IMG/VR virus record: IMGVR_UViG_3300032308_002775
Coordinates: 89,670-153,669 of that record
Reading direction: 5' to 3' (one strand)
DNA: 64,000 nt
Origin: a virus
Shown: piece by piece, positions 40,049 through 48,644 of the stretch
Layout: every line of letters starts with the position of its first letter
Position numbering within the stretch: position 1 is the first letter of the stretch
Program-made: the position numbers and the translations under genes
The notes under the pieces: model-generated
Databases searched by the model: none
The model's input: only the letters and a program-made list of their open reading frames with translations
What the model was told of the DNA's origin: nothing

Positions 40049-41013
40049 TTCTGCTCACCGGGGCCGCGGGCTTTATCGGCTCGAACGTGCTGCGCGCGCT
40101 TAACGCCCAGGGGCGCGATGACATCATCTGCGTCGACGGAATAGATTGCCCTGAAAAAGCGCGCAACCTGGTCGGCACAAAATTCCATCGATATCGCGAC
40201 TATCGCGATCTGACGTATAAATTCGACATCATTCGCCAATACGACATCGACACGGTTGTTCACTTGGGAGCGCACAGCTCTACCACCAACAACAACATAC
40301 GAGAAGTCATATCCAACAACTATGATTTTTCAGTGTGGTTGTTAGAAGAGCTGGACGACAACCTAGAAGACGCCACGTTTATTTACGCCAGTAGCGCGTC
40401 AGTATACGGCTGTAACACGTATGTAACACGCGCACAGCGTTTTACAGAAGCTGAAGAAAACGAACGCCCTGTTGCGCCCTACGCGATTAGCAAATGGATG
40501 CTTGACCAAGCTGTGCGCCGCCGCATCGAGATGAACGCCCGAGAAGAAAGAGGCGGCTGGATTACTGGCCTGCGCTTGTTTAACGTCTACGGACCGGGCG
40601 AGGCCCACAAGGGTCAGATGGCCAGCGTAGCGCACCGGCTGTTTGAGCAAGCCAAACTAAAAGGCGACTGCACGCTCTTTGAGGGGAGCAAAGATATCTT
40701 TCGAGATTTTGTCTACATCGACGACGTTGTACAGGTCGTCCTGTGGGCAATTGACGAAGCACCCTCGGGCATCTTGAATGTCGGAACCGGACACGCTCGG
40801 TCGTTTTACGACGTGTTTGAGTGCGTGGCGCGGCAGACGAAATACCCTGGCGCGTGTCGTTGGGTGCCGTTTCCCGAAGAGCTGCGCGCGCAATATCAGT
40901 TTTACACGCAGGCTGACCTTGCAAACTTGCGCGCAGCCGGTTACGTCAAAGCGTTCCGGTCGTTGGAGGAAGGCGCGGCAGCGTACTGGAATAAAATTCA
41001 ATACACCGCCTAA
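40045..41013 (+). CDS. hldD: ADP-L-glycero-D-manno-heptose 6-epimerase
   Basis: GAAGFIGSN, H.GA.SSTT, YASSASVYG, YAISK (YxxxK), FNVYGPGEAHKGQMAS, RDFVYIDDV, YQFYTQAD. Confidence 0.9.
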   Translation: MILLTGAAGFIGSNVLRALNAQGRDDIICVDGIDCPEKARNLVGTKFHRYRDYRDLTYKFDIIRQYDIDTVVHLGAHSSTTNNNIREVISNNYDFSVWLLEELDDNLEDATFIYASSASVYGCNTYVTRAQRFTEAEENERPVAPYAISKWMLDQAVRRRIEMNAREERGGWITGLRLFNVYGPGEAHKGQMASVAHRLFEQAKLKGDCTLFEGSKDIFRDFVYIDDVVQVVLWAIDEAPSGILNVGTGHARSFYDVFECVARQTKYPGACRWVPFPEELRAQYQFYTQADLANLRAAGYVKAFRSLEEGAAAYWNKIQYTA

Positions 41014-41072
41014 GCTTAAACATAGTTATCCCTTGCGTGGCCCTATTTGTGCCATTTAATCAAAGGAACGAC

Positions 41073-42500
41073 ATGACCGTCGAAATCATCAGGGGCAGCA
41101 ACCCCAACGAAACCAGTATTATTCGATATCCGACCGTGAAGTGCGCGCGGCACAAAGACGTGACGCACACGTTTCAAAACGTCGCAAGCATCAACCGCAA
41201 ACCGGCGTTGCGAATCAACGGCCAGTGGGTCGTCTACGACCAGCACTTCTACGATCGCCCCGCGGCTACCAACGCAGAGCTCCTCGCGCTCTACGAAGAG
41301 ACCGCGCGCCTTATCGCCGACGCCGATGCCGAGGCGGAACTTGAAGGCGTTACGCCTGACCACTCGGTCGTGCGTTACGTCCCCATCGCAGCGCTGACGC
41401 TGCCTCCGCCGGGAAGCCTTGAGGGCGACATCGACTGGGCGCGCCAGTGCCGTGTAAATCTTCCACACGTGGCCGATATCTTTCGGCATTACGAACCGGC
41501 AAACCAGAACGTCGTTGAAGTGACGCTTCGTCTGGGCGTCGACGCAAACGGCCATCCAACTGTTTTTGCCCGCACTGTTGACGGCACGCACCGTACGACG
41601 TGCGCTGCCGAGCGCGGCGAAACCAAGATCAAAGCCAAGGTTTCGATCGTGCACACCCCGGCTGAAGAAGCCCGGGCTTACATGATTTCAAATGCCGCGC
41701 GCAAGAACACCGGCACTATGGATTTGTTCCGCTCGCGGTACGCTGGCGAAGACGCGCGTGTTCAAACGCTCATCGACATCGCCAACGAATACGGCTTTGA
41801 GCTGGCTCTGACCAACTCTGGCTCGAAAAGCTGGCCGCGAATCGCTGCGCCCGCGTCAGTGGAAAAGATCTTTGTCACGCACGGCGCAAAAGTTCTCCGC
41901 CGAGTTTTCTCGATTCTTGCGGAAAGCGGTCTAAACTGGCAGTGCACCGAAGCTCTGACGTCGGACATGATTTCGGGTTTGGCTGCATTTGTCGTGCGGT
42001 TCGAAATCCCTGGTTACGCGCATCCCGTTATGATCGAAGACGCAATGCGGCAGACTTCGCCGCAAGCGTTGATGACGGCCGCGCAGCTATGCACAACCGT
42101 CGACGCGCGAGAAAAGCTGCGAGAAAATTGCGAAAGCAATACACTCGGCAGCCAGACAGGTCGTTGTTACAGTTTGTGCATGGCGATCTTCGACGCGTAC
42201 ACGCGCGCTGTGAAGAGCGCTGTAAAGAACAAGCGCCCAGGCGCTACTCAATTTCAAAAGCTTTGGAACATCTGGGTGTCGAAGGATTTAATCCAGCTGT
42301 CGCCAGAAGAGAAGATCGACCTCATTGCGCGACAGCACCAGAAGCTTGCAAAACTTCGGGTGCAAAAGGCCGTAAATGGTGTGTTGATTGTCGACGAAAA
42401 AGGCAATCCTGTTATCGCGAATATGACGCCTGTGTTTGAACTGCCTGATGCAACTGATAGTCGTTACGCTGCTCGTGGCGATAATCGACTCGTTCGCTAA
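41073..42500 (+). CDS. ParB/Srx-like (DUF6551-type) domain protein
   Basis: VDGTHR..AAE.G...I.AKV.......EEA..Y...N..RK pattern; SD AAGGA. Confidence 0.6.
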   Translation: MTVEIIRGSNPNETSIIRYPTVKCARHKDVTHTFQNVASINRKPALRINGQWVVYDQHFYDRPAATNAELLALYEETARLIADADAEAELEGVTPDHSVVRYVPIAALTLPPPGSLEGDIDWARQCRVNLPHVADIFRHYEPANQNVVEVTLRLGVDANGHPTVFARTVDGTHRTTCAAERGETKIKAKVSIVHTPAEEARAYMISNAARKNTGTMDLFRSRYAGEDARVQTLIDIANEYGFELALTNSGSKSWPRIAAPASVEKIFVTHGAKVLRRVFSILAESGLNWQCTEALTSDMISGLAAFVVRFEIPGYAHPVMIEDAMRQTSPQALMTAAQLCTTVDAREKLRENCESNTLGSQTGRCYSLCMAIFDAYTRAVKSAVKNKRPGATQFQKLWNIWVSKDLIQLSPEEKIDLIARQHQKLAKLRVQKAVNGVLIVDEKGNPVIANMTPVFELPDATDSRYAARGDNRLVR

Positions 42501-42635
42501 TGCACGTTGTTGGAAGAGTGTTGGGCAGGGCTATGTAGCCCTGCCCTCCTCTTCCCAATACTACCCCGCAATGACCGCCGAAGGCGGTCATACTTGGTCA
42601 GACTAATTCGGACAGCTTTTTTTCTTAGCTGTTGG

Positions 42636-42740
42636 CGCAAGTCTTTGCGGCGCAATGACTTAGTAGGGTGTTTGCCCTACTGCTATCGCCTGCAAAACGG
42701 CTTTAGACGTAACGTAACTCTTTGTCAGTGCTTGAGTTAC
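42636..42740. promoter_or_regulatory. Two 28-bp related imperfect palindromes
   Basis: CGCAAGTCTTTGCGGCGCAATGACTTAG (42636-42663) and CGTAACTCTTTGTCAGTGCTTGAGTTAC (42713-42740). Confidence 0.55.
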
Positions 42741-42776
42741 GCACGATTTTGAGTCATCAAAACCTTTAGGAGACGC

Positions 42777-43601
42777 ATGGTTGCCGTTCCGCGCTCACCC
42801 CGCCCACCTGGTTTGATATCTATTCCGCGCCCTGTTCGCGCCGCGCTTGTCGAGCCTGACGTCCGCGGCGCCGTGCTCTATCGGGGCGAAAGCCCATTCG
42901 TCACCGAGGGCGACCGGGCCTACGTCGTGATCCTGACTTTCAACTCGGACAACCGGAAGACGGGCGACATGGCCCAGGTCTGGATCCTCGCCGAGAACGA
43001 GAGCCCGCTCGAGGCCCGCAAGCTGGGCCTCTACCAGATCGTCTGCGGCGACTGCCCGGTGGTGGCCGCCTGCTACGTCAACCTCGCACACCGCCCCAGG
43101 ACGCTCTACGAGGCGTTCCAGCGGGGCGACTACCCAGTGGCCTCCCCGCGGCTATACGCGGCTGTGGTGGCCTCCAAGGGCGTCAGGTTCGGGGCCTACG
43201 GCGACCCGGTCTTGATTCCGCTGCCGCTCGTCGAAGAGCTGGTTGCGCTGGCCGGTCGCCGGTTCACCGGGTATACCCACCAGTGGCGCCGCCCCGAGTA
43301 TCAGGTCTACCGGCCGTACTTCATGGCGAGCTGCGAGACGCTGGCTGACATCGAGCTGGCCACTGCGATGGGCTGGCGTTGGTACCTGGTCACGCTCGAC
43401 GAGAGCGTGCCCGGCGCCGTGCTATGCCCGCACCAGAACGAGAAGAACAAGTACGCGGTCAAATGCAACACCTGCTGGGCCTGTAACGGCGCCAACCGCC
43501 CTGTCGGCGAGCGGCAGCGCGTGAACATCATTGCGCGGCCAACAGGCCATAACCACATGCCAGCTCGCTGGCGCAAACAAATGGAGAAACTTGCGTCGTG
43601 A
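42777..43601 (+). CDS. Cys-rich conserved phage protein (metal- or Fe-S-binding candidate)
   Basis: SDN.KTGDM.Q.WIL, CGDCP...CYV, VRFGAYGDP, TGYTHQW, MAS, CP...CNTCWAC. Confidence 0.7.
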   Translation: MVAVPRSPRPPGLISIPRPVRAALVEPDVRGAVLYRGESPFVTEGDRAYVVILTFNSDNRKTGDMAQVWILAENESPLEARKLGLYQIVCGDCPVVAACYVNLAHRPRTLYEAFQRGDYPVASPRLYAAVVASKGVRFGAYGDPVLIPLPLVEELVALAGRRFTGYTHQWRRPEYQVYRPYFMASCETLADIELATAMGWRWYLVTLDESVPGAVLCPHQNEKNKYAVKCNTCWACNGANRPVGERQRVNIIARPTGHNHMPARWRKQMEKLAS

Positions 43602-44284
43602 TTATCAACTGCGTTGTTGCCTGCCGTAACGCGGAAGGCGCGTCTGATTTCTATTTCTGCAAGGTCGACCTTCCCGAGGAAGAGTACGACGTCGGTACGC
43701 ATTACGAGCTGGCTGAAGACGCCGCCTCGGCTGACGGTTACGAAGGGCCCATGGTGACGTTCGACGAGAACGACGGCCCGGACTGGCTGTTCGAGCATTT
43801 CGTCTGGGACAGCGCCGACGTCATCAGCGAGGACGACGACTAATGGCGTTGCGCAAGGAAGAACAAGAGCAGCTCGATGAGGAGCGCGACCGCCTTCCCG
43901 AAGAGGCTAAAGAGATGCGCAAAAACTTTGCCTTGATGATGCTCAAGAAGCTTGACGAGCAAATTCGACGCGGTAGGATCACCAACTCTCCACGGAAGGA
44001 CGATTCTCATGGTGTGTCAGCCGGAAGCTGATCCCTTCTACGAATTGCGAGAAGCGAATCCCGAGGCGTTGCTCGCCGACGGGCTCGAACCTGCCTATCT
44101 CGGCTTTACCGTCAATCAGCATCATGCTCTCGTGGCGGTCTACGACTACGACCAGTGTGTGCAGGTCCTCGTTGCGCGCGACGGAATCAGCGACGAGGAA
44201 GCTGTCGAGTATCTCGAGTTCAACACGCTCTGCGCTTACGTGGGCGAGAACGGCCCGTTGTTCATTAAGAGGCCCCCCGTATGA
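43598..44284 (+). other. Three small hypothetical ORFs (43598-43843, 43843-44031, ~44009-44284)
   Basis: Coupled starts and stops; the last has the ADG...A..G...VYD..... EA.EY.EFN...YVGE..P.F block. Confidence 0.6.
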
Positions 44285-44853
44285 CCATTCGCAAGCGTTT
44301 TGATATTCCCAAGCGCAACGACCATTGCCCGTGTAATTCTGGGCAAAAGTTTAAAAAGTGCTGCGCACACAGCGCGCCGCACCAGAACAACGGCCACCAC
44401 GATCGCGCTGTTGGGTATATCGACGACGGTGAAGGCGCCGTGCGTTGGGTAATCACCGACGCGCGCGGGACGAGCTTCTTCTCGGACAAAGACAACAAGA
44501 TCCTGGTGTTTACCGACAAAGCAGCCGCGTTTGCCGTGGCGCACTTGTCGGAGTTTTCCAGCCAAGAGCCCGGCGAGATTAACGTTGCGGCGGTCGGCGA
44601 CGCAAAATTTAAACATCTATGTGAAATCTTGCCTTACGTTGAGGTCTCGGACGTTGAGGCCGCCGTGGGGCTTGTGCGCGAGCGAATCGCTGCACGTCAA
44701 GCAGAACTTTCAACAACAGAAGGAACGAATGATGGCAACCAAGACCAAGAAGCCGGTGCGCAAGGCCAGCAAGACGGCAACCCCGGTCAAGAAGCGCCTG
44801 ACCAAGGCCCAGAAGCTCAAGCGGGAGATTGCCCGCCGGAACCGGGCATTTGA
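44281..44853 (+). CDS. SEC-C motif protein
   Basis: RNDHCPCNSGQKFKKCC. Confidence 0.8.
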   Translation: MTIRKRFDIPKRNDHCPCNSGQKFKKCCAHSAPHQNNGHHDRAVGYIDDGEGAVRWVITDARGTSFFSDKDNKILVFTDKAAAFAVAHLSEFSSQEPGEINVAAVGDAKFKHLCEILPYVEVSDVEAAVGLVRERIAARQAELSTTEGTNDGNQDQEAGAQGQQDGNPGQEAPDQGPEAQAGDCPPEPGI

Positions 44854-45373
44854 GCAGGCCACACCGGCTGCTCGCCGCGTGCTGGTCGCGCAGGACGTAA
44901 TCGCGCAAATCAAGGCCAAGCGGTTCACGGCCGAAACAGGCACCTGGACCGACATGCGGGCTCCAGGAACATCGCAGCTTGAACACGACGCCAGTTTTCA
45001 GGAAACGTTCTTAGATAATCCGGGCGTTAAGTGCCAATGTTGCGCCGTGGGTTCTCTGTTTCTCGGCTGCACGTTGTTCACCAACAAGATCGAGAACGCT
45101 GAGGTTGACGACAACTGGGAGCTGGGCGCCCTTCTGTTTGAGCGCCATAAATTTGGCAACGGTTTTGAAAAGCTGTTTTCCCTCAAGCAGCTGGGTCTGA
45201 TTGAGGCAGCGTTTGAGGGTGAAACCAATTTCTTTCAGGACGACGATTGGGGCGTTTCTGATAAGGAATACAGCGCCGCAACTGATTTTTATCTCAACCA
45301 CGTCAATGCCGAAAAACGCCTGATCGCGATTATGAAAAACATTATTGCCAACAAGGGAACGTTCAAGCCATGA
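44729..45373 (+). CDS. Hypothetical protein with a basic N-terminus
   Basis: SD AAGGA; CQCCAVG; RLIAIM.NII.N.G.F.P block. Confidence 0.65.
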   Translation: MMATKTKKPVRKASKTATPVKKRLTKAQKLKREIARRNRAFEQATPAARRVLVAQDVIAQIKAKRFTAETGTWTDMRAPGTSQLEHDASFQETFLDNPGVKCQCCAVGSLFLGCTLFTNKIENAEVDDNWELGALLFERHKFGNGFEKLFSLKQLGLIEAAFEGETNFFQDDDWGVSDKEYSAATDFYLNHVNAEKRLIAIMKNIIANKGTFKP

Positions 45374-45627
45374 GTCAAGCACAATCTGGTTCGGGTACTG
45401 GCATGCTGGTCGCAATCATTGTCGGCTTTGCGCTGCTGCTGCAGCTGCTAACTGGCGGAGCTTCAAACAGCACAAGCAGCTATACTCCGCCGCGCGACAA
45501 CTCGTTTGAGCGGCGGTACGTCGAAGAGCGGTTTAAGCAGGAAGGCTACAACAGTGCTGACTCTGCTCAGGCCGCCGACGCCATCCTCAAGTTTCAACGG
45601 GCGCAAGAAGCCCAGCGCAGCCGCTAG
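45370..45627 (+). CDS. Small single-TM protein
   Basis: Hydrophobic N-terminal segment. Confidence 0.55.
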   Translation: MSQAQSGSGTGMLVAIIVGFALLLQLLTGGASNSTSSYTPPRDNSFERRYVEERFKQEGYNSADSAQAADAILKFQRAQEAQRSR

Positions 45628-45641
45628 CCCTGTCAGGCGAT

Positions 45642-45714
45642 TGCCCAGTAGCTCAGTTGGTAGAGCAGGCGACTGTTAATCGCCGGGTCCTAGGTTCGAG
45701 TCCTGGCTGGGCAG
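45642..45714 (+). tRNA. tRNA-Asn (GTT); CCA not encoded
   Basis: Acceptor TGCCCAG/CTGGGCA; D arm GCTC/GAGC; anticodon arm GGCGA-CTGTTAA-TCGCC; T loop TTCGAGT. Confidence 0.95.
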
Positions 45715-45745
45715 CTCACCTGACTAATACAAAGGAAAGATATCT

Positions 45746-46195
45746 ATGCGAATGGACCTCGAAAGGCGGCTAGTTGAAAAGTTTTCCGATTTGTTTGACC
45801 GCGTGCGTGAGCACCCTGTCTACGAAGAGGCGTACTACGGTTGCGACTGTGGCGACGGGTGGTTTGAGCTGATCTATTCGCTTTGCGAAATGATCGCGCA
45901 GCGCTTGCGGTATTTGCGCGCAGACAATAAACCCCGCGACTTCAAGATCACCCAGATCAAAGAAAAGTTTGGCGGCCTGCGGCTCTACTCGCAGGGCGGT
46001 GATGAGTACATCGAGGGCGCAATTGACCTGGCTGAAGAGCTGTCGTACAAGACGTGCGAGGTCACTGGTAAACCGGGCGCGCTCTGTCGCAAACCCGGTG
46101 GTTGGCTTGTCGTACTGTGCCCCGAGGAGGCCGAGAAGATCGGCGCCAAGCCGCACGTGTGGAAAGACTCAAGCAGCACGGAGGCGCCAGCATGA
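45746..46195 (+). CDS. Conserved phage protein
   Basis: CGDGWF.LI..LC, QIKEKFGGLR.Y and S.KTCE.TG.PG motifs. Confidence 0.75.
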   Translation: MRMDLERRLVEKFSDLFDRVREHPVYEEAYYGCDCGDGWFELIYSLCEMIAQRLRYLRADNKPRDFKITQIKEKFGGLRLYSQGGDEYIEGAIDLAEELSYKTCEVTGKPGALCRKPGGWLVVLCPEEAEKIGAKPHVWKDSSSTEAPA

Positions 46196-46582
46196 CCACT
46201 TGGATTCTCATTGGCGGGTTGACGTTTGTTTTTGCCGTCGCGTTTGCCTACCGGTTTCGATTGCTATGAGCTTGGGCTGCATTACCTCGCGGCCGCACAG
46301 GCCCTGGCCCAGAAAGCGCTGGGTCGTGCTAGAACGGTGGACGCTCGTTGAGTGTCGAGACGGCATTGAGCGCTATGAGCTCGAAAGCTATGAAGATTAC
46401 GTCTGGGACTGGCCGTGGATGATTTGCCGCGGATCGTCCGGCGTCACAGACAACGCAGACCACAACGAACAGATCGGGTTCCTGCCGCGGGCCATAAAAG
46501 AACTTGAAGAGATTCGAGCAAGTTATCCGGATTGATTTGTCGCACGGAGGTGATTGTGAGTTTTGGTATCGAGCGCGACCGT

Positions 46583-47557
46583 ATGCGGGATTGGCGGATT
46601 GTCCGAGTCAGTAGTCGCACGGCGCAGCGCTTTTCGATTCGGCACGTGCTGTACCCGGCGTCCGGCATGCGGCGGCATAAGTATGAAATGCAGCACGGAT
46701 TCGTGATCCGCATGGTGCACCGGCTTCATGGAATGTGGTTCCGGCGCGCCAAAGACCTGATCATCAACAAGCTCTGGATTCCCGGCAGCAACACGCTTCG
46801 GTCCTCGAACCTCTACACGTTTCGAAGGGTCATGAACTGCCGCCCCACGAGCGTCTACTTCAAGAACGGCAACGAGCGCCGCATTCGGCCGTGCAAGCAG
46901 CACCGCATTTGCCCGTTCTGCTGGGGTCGCGTGGCGGCGTTCATGTATCGTCGTTTCAAGGGCCGCATTATCACTGTGCGGAAAACGCAGGACAACGTGG
47001 TGCTGCAGTGTCGGGTGCTTTCCAGGTACGTTCCGGCGCCGGGCTTCACGGCGGCTGACGGCTTGGCGCCCGACGTCATGCTGCCGTTTGCCCGCGCAAT
47101 GCGAGATCTGCTGGAGGAACAACGCGCTGCTTACCAGAAGTTGACCAAGCAACTGCAGCGTAAAACGCTCGGTTCCTGCTGGCGCGTGATCGTCGATCCG
47201 CAGGAAGACGGATGGAACATCGAGGTGCGGCAGCTTCTTTTGCTGCGCCCGTCAAAAACCAAACTTCCGCTTATTCAGTGGCGGGGCGCCAAGCTCGTGT
47301 TTAACGAATCGGCCAAGCTCAACGAAGACGAAAAACTTCACGAGCTGCTGGGTCGGTTCATGGCGTACCCGTCTGGCCTGTTGACGTCATACTCGGAGCT
47401 GGCGGCCGTCTACCTCAACGGCAGTTATGGTCTGCGGCTTGCCAGCGGTACGGGGCTCTTTCGGGCGATCAGCACGGGACTGCTGCGCGCGTTCAAAAAG
47501 GAATCACGCGATGACACAGCCGACCAAGCGCCAGCGCAGGCGGGTGGACAACTTTGA
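46583..47557 (+). CDS. Basic protein with a Cys cluster resembling rolling-circle Rep N-termini (catalytically degenerate)
   Basis: C...CKQHRICPFCWGR; no HUH motif visible; start uncertain. Confidence 0.45.
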   Translation: MRDWRIVRVSSRTAQRFSIRHVLYPASGMRRHKYEMQHGFVIRMVHRLHGMWFRRAKDLIINKLWIPGSNTLRSSNLYTFRRVMNCRPTSVYFKNGNERRIRPCKQHRICPFCWGRVAAFMYRRFKGRIITVRKTQDNVVLQCRVLSRYVPAPGFTAADGLAPDVMLPFARAMRDLLEEQRAAYQKLTKQLQRKTLGSCWRVIVDPQEDGWNIEVRQLLLLRPSKTKLPLIQWRGAKLVFNESAKLNEDEKLHELLGRFMAYPSGLLTSYSELAAVYLNGSYGLRLASGTGLFRAISTGLLRAFKKESRDDTADQAPAQAGGQL

Positions 47558-48644
47558 CGGCATCCGCGCGCGGATCCAGTTTCTCGTCGAGTATGTTTAC
47601 GGCGGTAACGTCCGCGCGTTTGCGTTGAAGATCGGCGTCAACCCGTCGTACTTCTACGATTGGTTGCGCGCCAAACGCGTGCCGCAGGTCGGCACGCTCA
47701 CCCGGATGGTCAAGCTGGGCATCGTGCATGCCGAGTGGCTTCTGTGCGGTTCGGGGCCGATTCGCCCGGGCGAACCCGGAGAAGTCGAAGCGGCGGCGTT
47801 TGCAGACCAGATCAACACGGCGCACGACTATTTTGACACCAGTGAGCTGCATTACGAGCAACGGCGGCGGGCGCGCACGGCCGCGGTGTTTGAAGGCGCA
47901 CCGGACGAGGCAGCCTGGCTGCACGCTCGCGTGATCCACCGCGCGCGCAGCCACAACATGCCTGTGGTCTTGTTCCTGGGACAGAAGGCGATCGCGGAGA
48001 ACGCCGGGCCGTGCGTCGTCGAGATGATGAAGAAAAGCTACATCACCGGCGTGGCTCTTTCCAGCGCGGCCGCGATGCGCGACGTTGAGCGGGCAATGTT
48101 CGGCGGGTTGGCGTCCCACAGCGACCGGTTGCCCGCTTTGGGCGACTTAAACGCTGCGGCGATGCGCGCCGCCCGGCTCGGCGCCGGGTATGGCGAGATT
48201 CTTGGTCGGTGGAGTTTTGACAAGCAATCGCGGCGCCGGACAAGCGTTCTGGCACAAGCTCACGAGCTGGGCATTCCTGCGACAGTGCATCTCGCCCTGG
48301 GCGACAGCATGCACCATTTCTTTCCGGCGAAGCATGGCGCCGAGCTAGGTGCGGCCCTCGGGGCTGCGAGCTACGTCGACATGCTGATCTTTGCGGCGGA
48401 GATGAAAGAACTTCGCGGAACGCCCAGCGGCGTGTTCTTGTCGGCCGATCGCGGTGAGCACAGCGCGCGCCTTTTTGCCAACGCCCTGGCCGCGCACGAG
48501 ACGGACCTGGAGTCGCCCGGAGACGACGCGACTCAAATATCTATGAGCGGGGAATACCGGCACACGTTCCCCGCATTATTGACAGCCTGTGATGCCGTGT
48601 ATGACGGAAGTGCAGACGATGGCAGACGAATGCGTCGCCAGTGA
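47511..48644 (+). CDS. Cro/CI-type HTH fused to a deoxyhypusine-synthase-like domain
   Basis: VRAFALKIGVNPSYFYDWL...EWLLCG.GP HTH; PVVLFLG, ITGVAL, G.GYGE.LG, SVLA.A.ELGIPATVH.ALG and GAALG.ASY.D blocks. Confidence 0.6.
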   Translation: MTQPTKRQRRRVDNFDGIRARIQFLVEYVYGGNVRAFALKIGVNPSYFYDWLRAKRVPQVGTLTRMVKLGIVHAEWLLCGSGPIRPGEPGEVEAAAFADQINTAHDYFDTSELHYEQRRRARTAAVFEGAPDEAAWLHARVIHRARSHNMPVVLFLGQKAIAENAGPCVVEMMKKSYITGVALSSAAAMRDVERAMFGGLASHSDRLPALGDLNAAAMRAARLGAGYGEILGRWSFDKQSRRRTSVLAQAHELGIPATVHLALGDSMHHFFPAKHGAELGAALGAASYVDMLIFAAEMKELRGTPSGVFLSADRGEHSARLFANALAAHETDLESPGDDATQISMSGEYRHTFPALLTACDAVYDGSADDGRRMRRQ

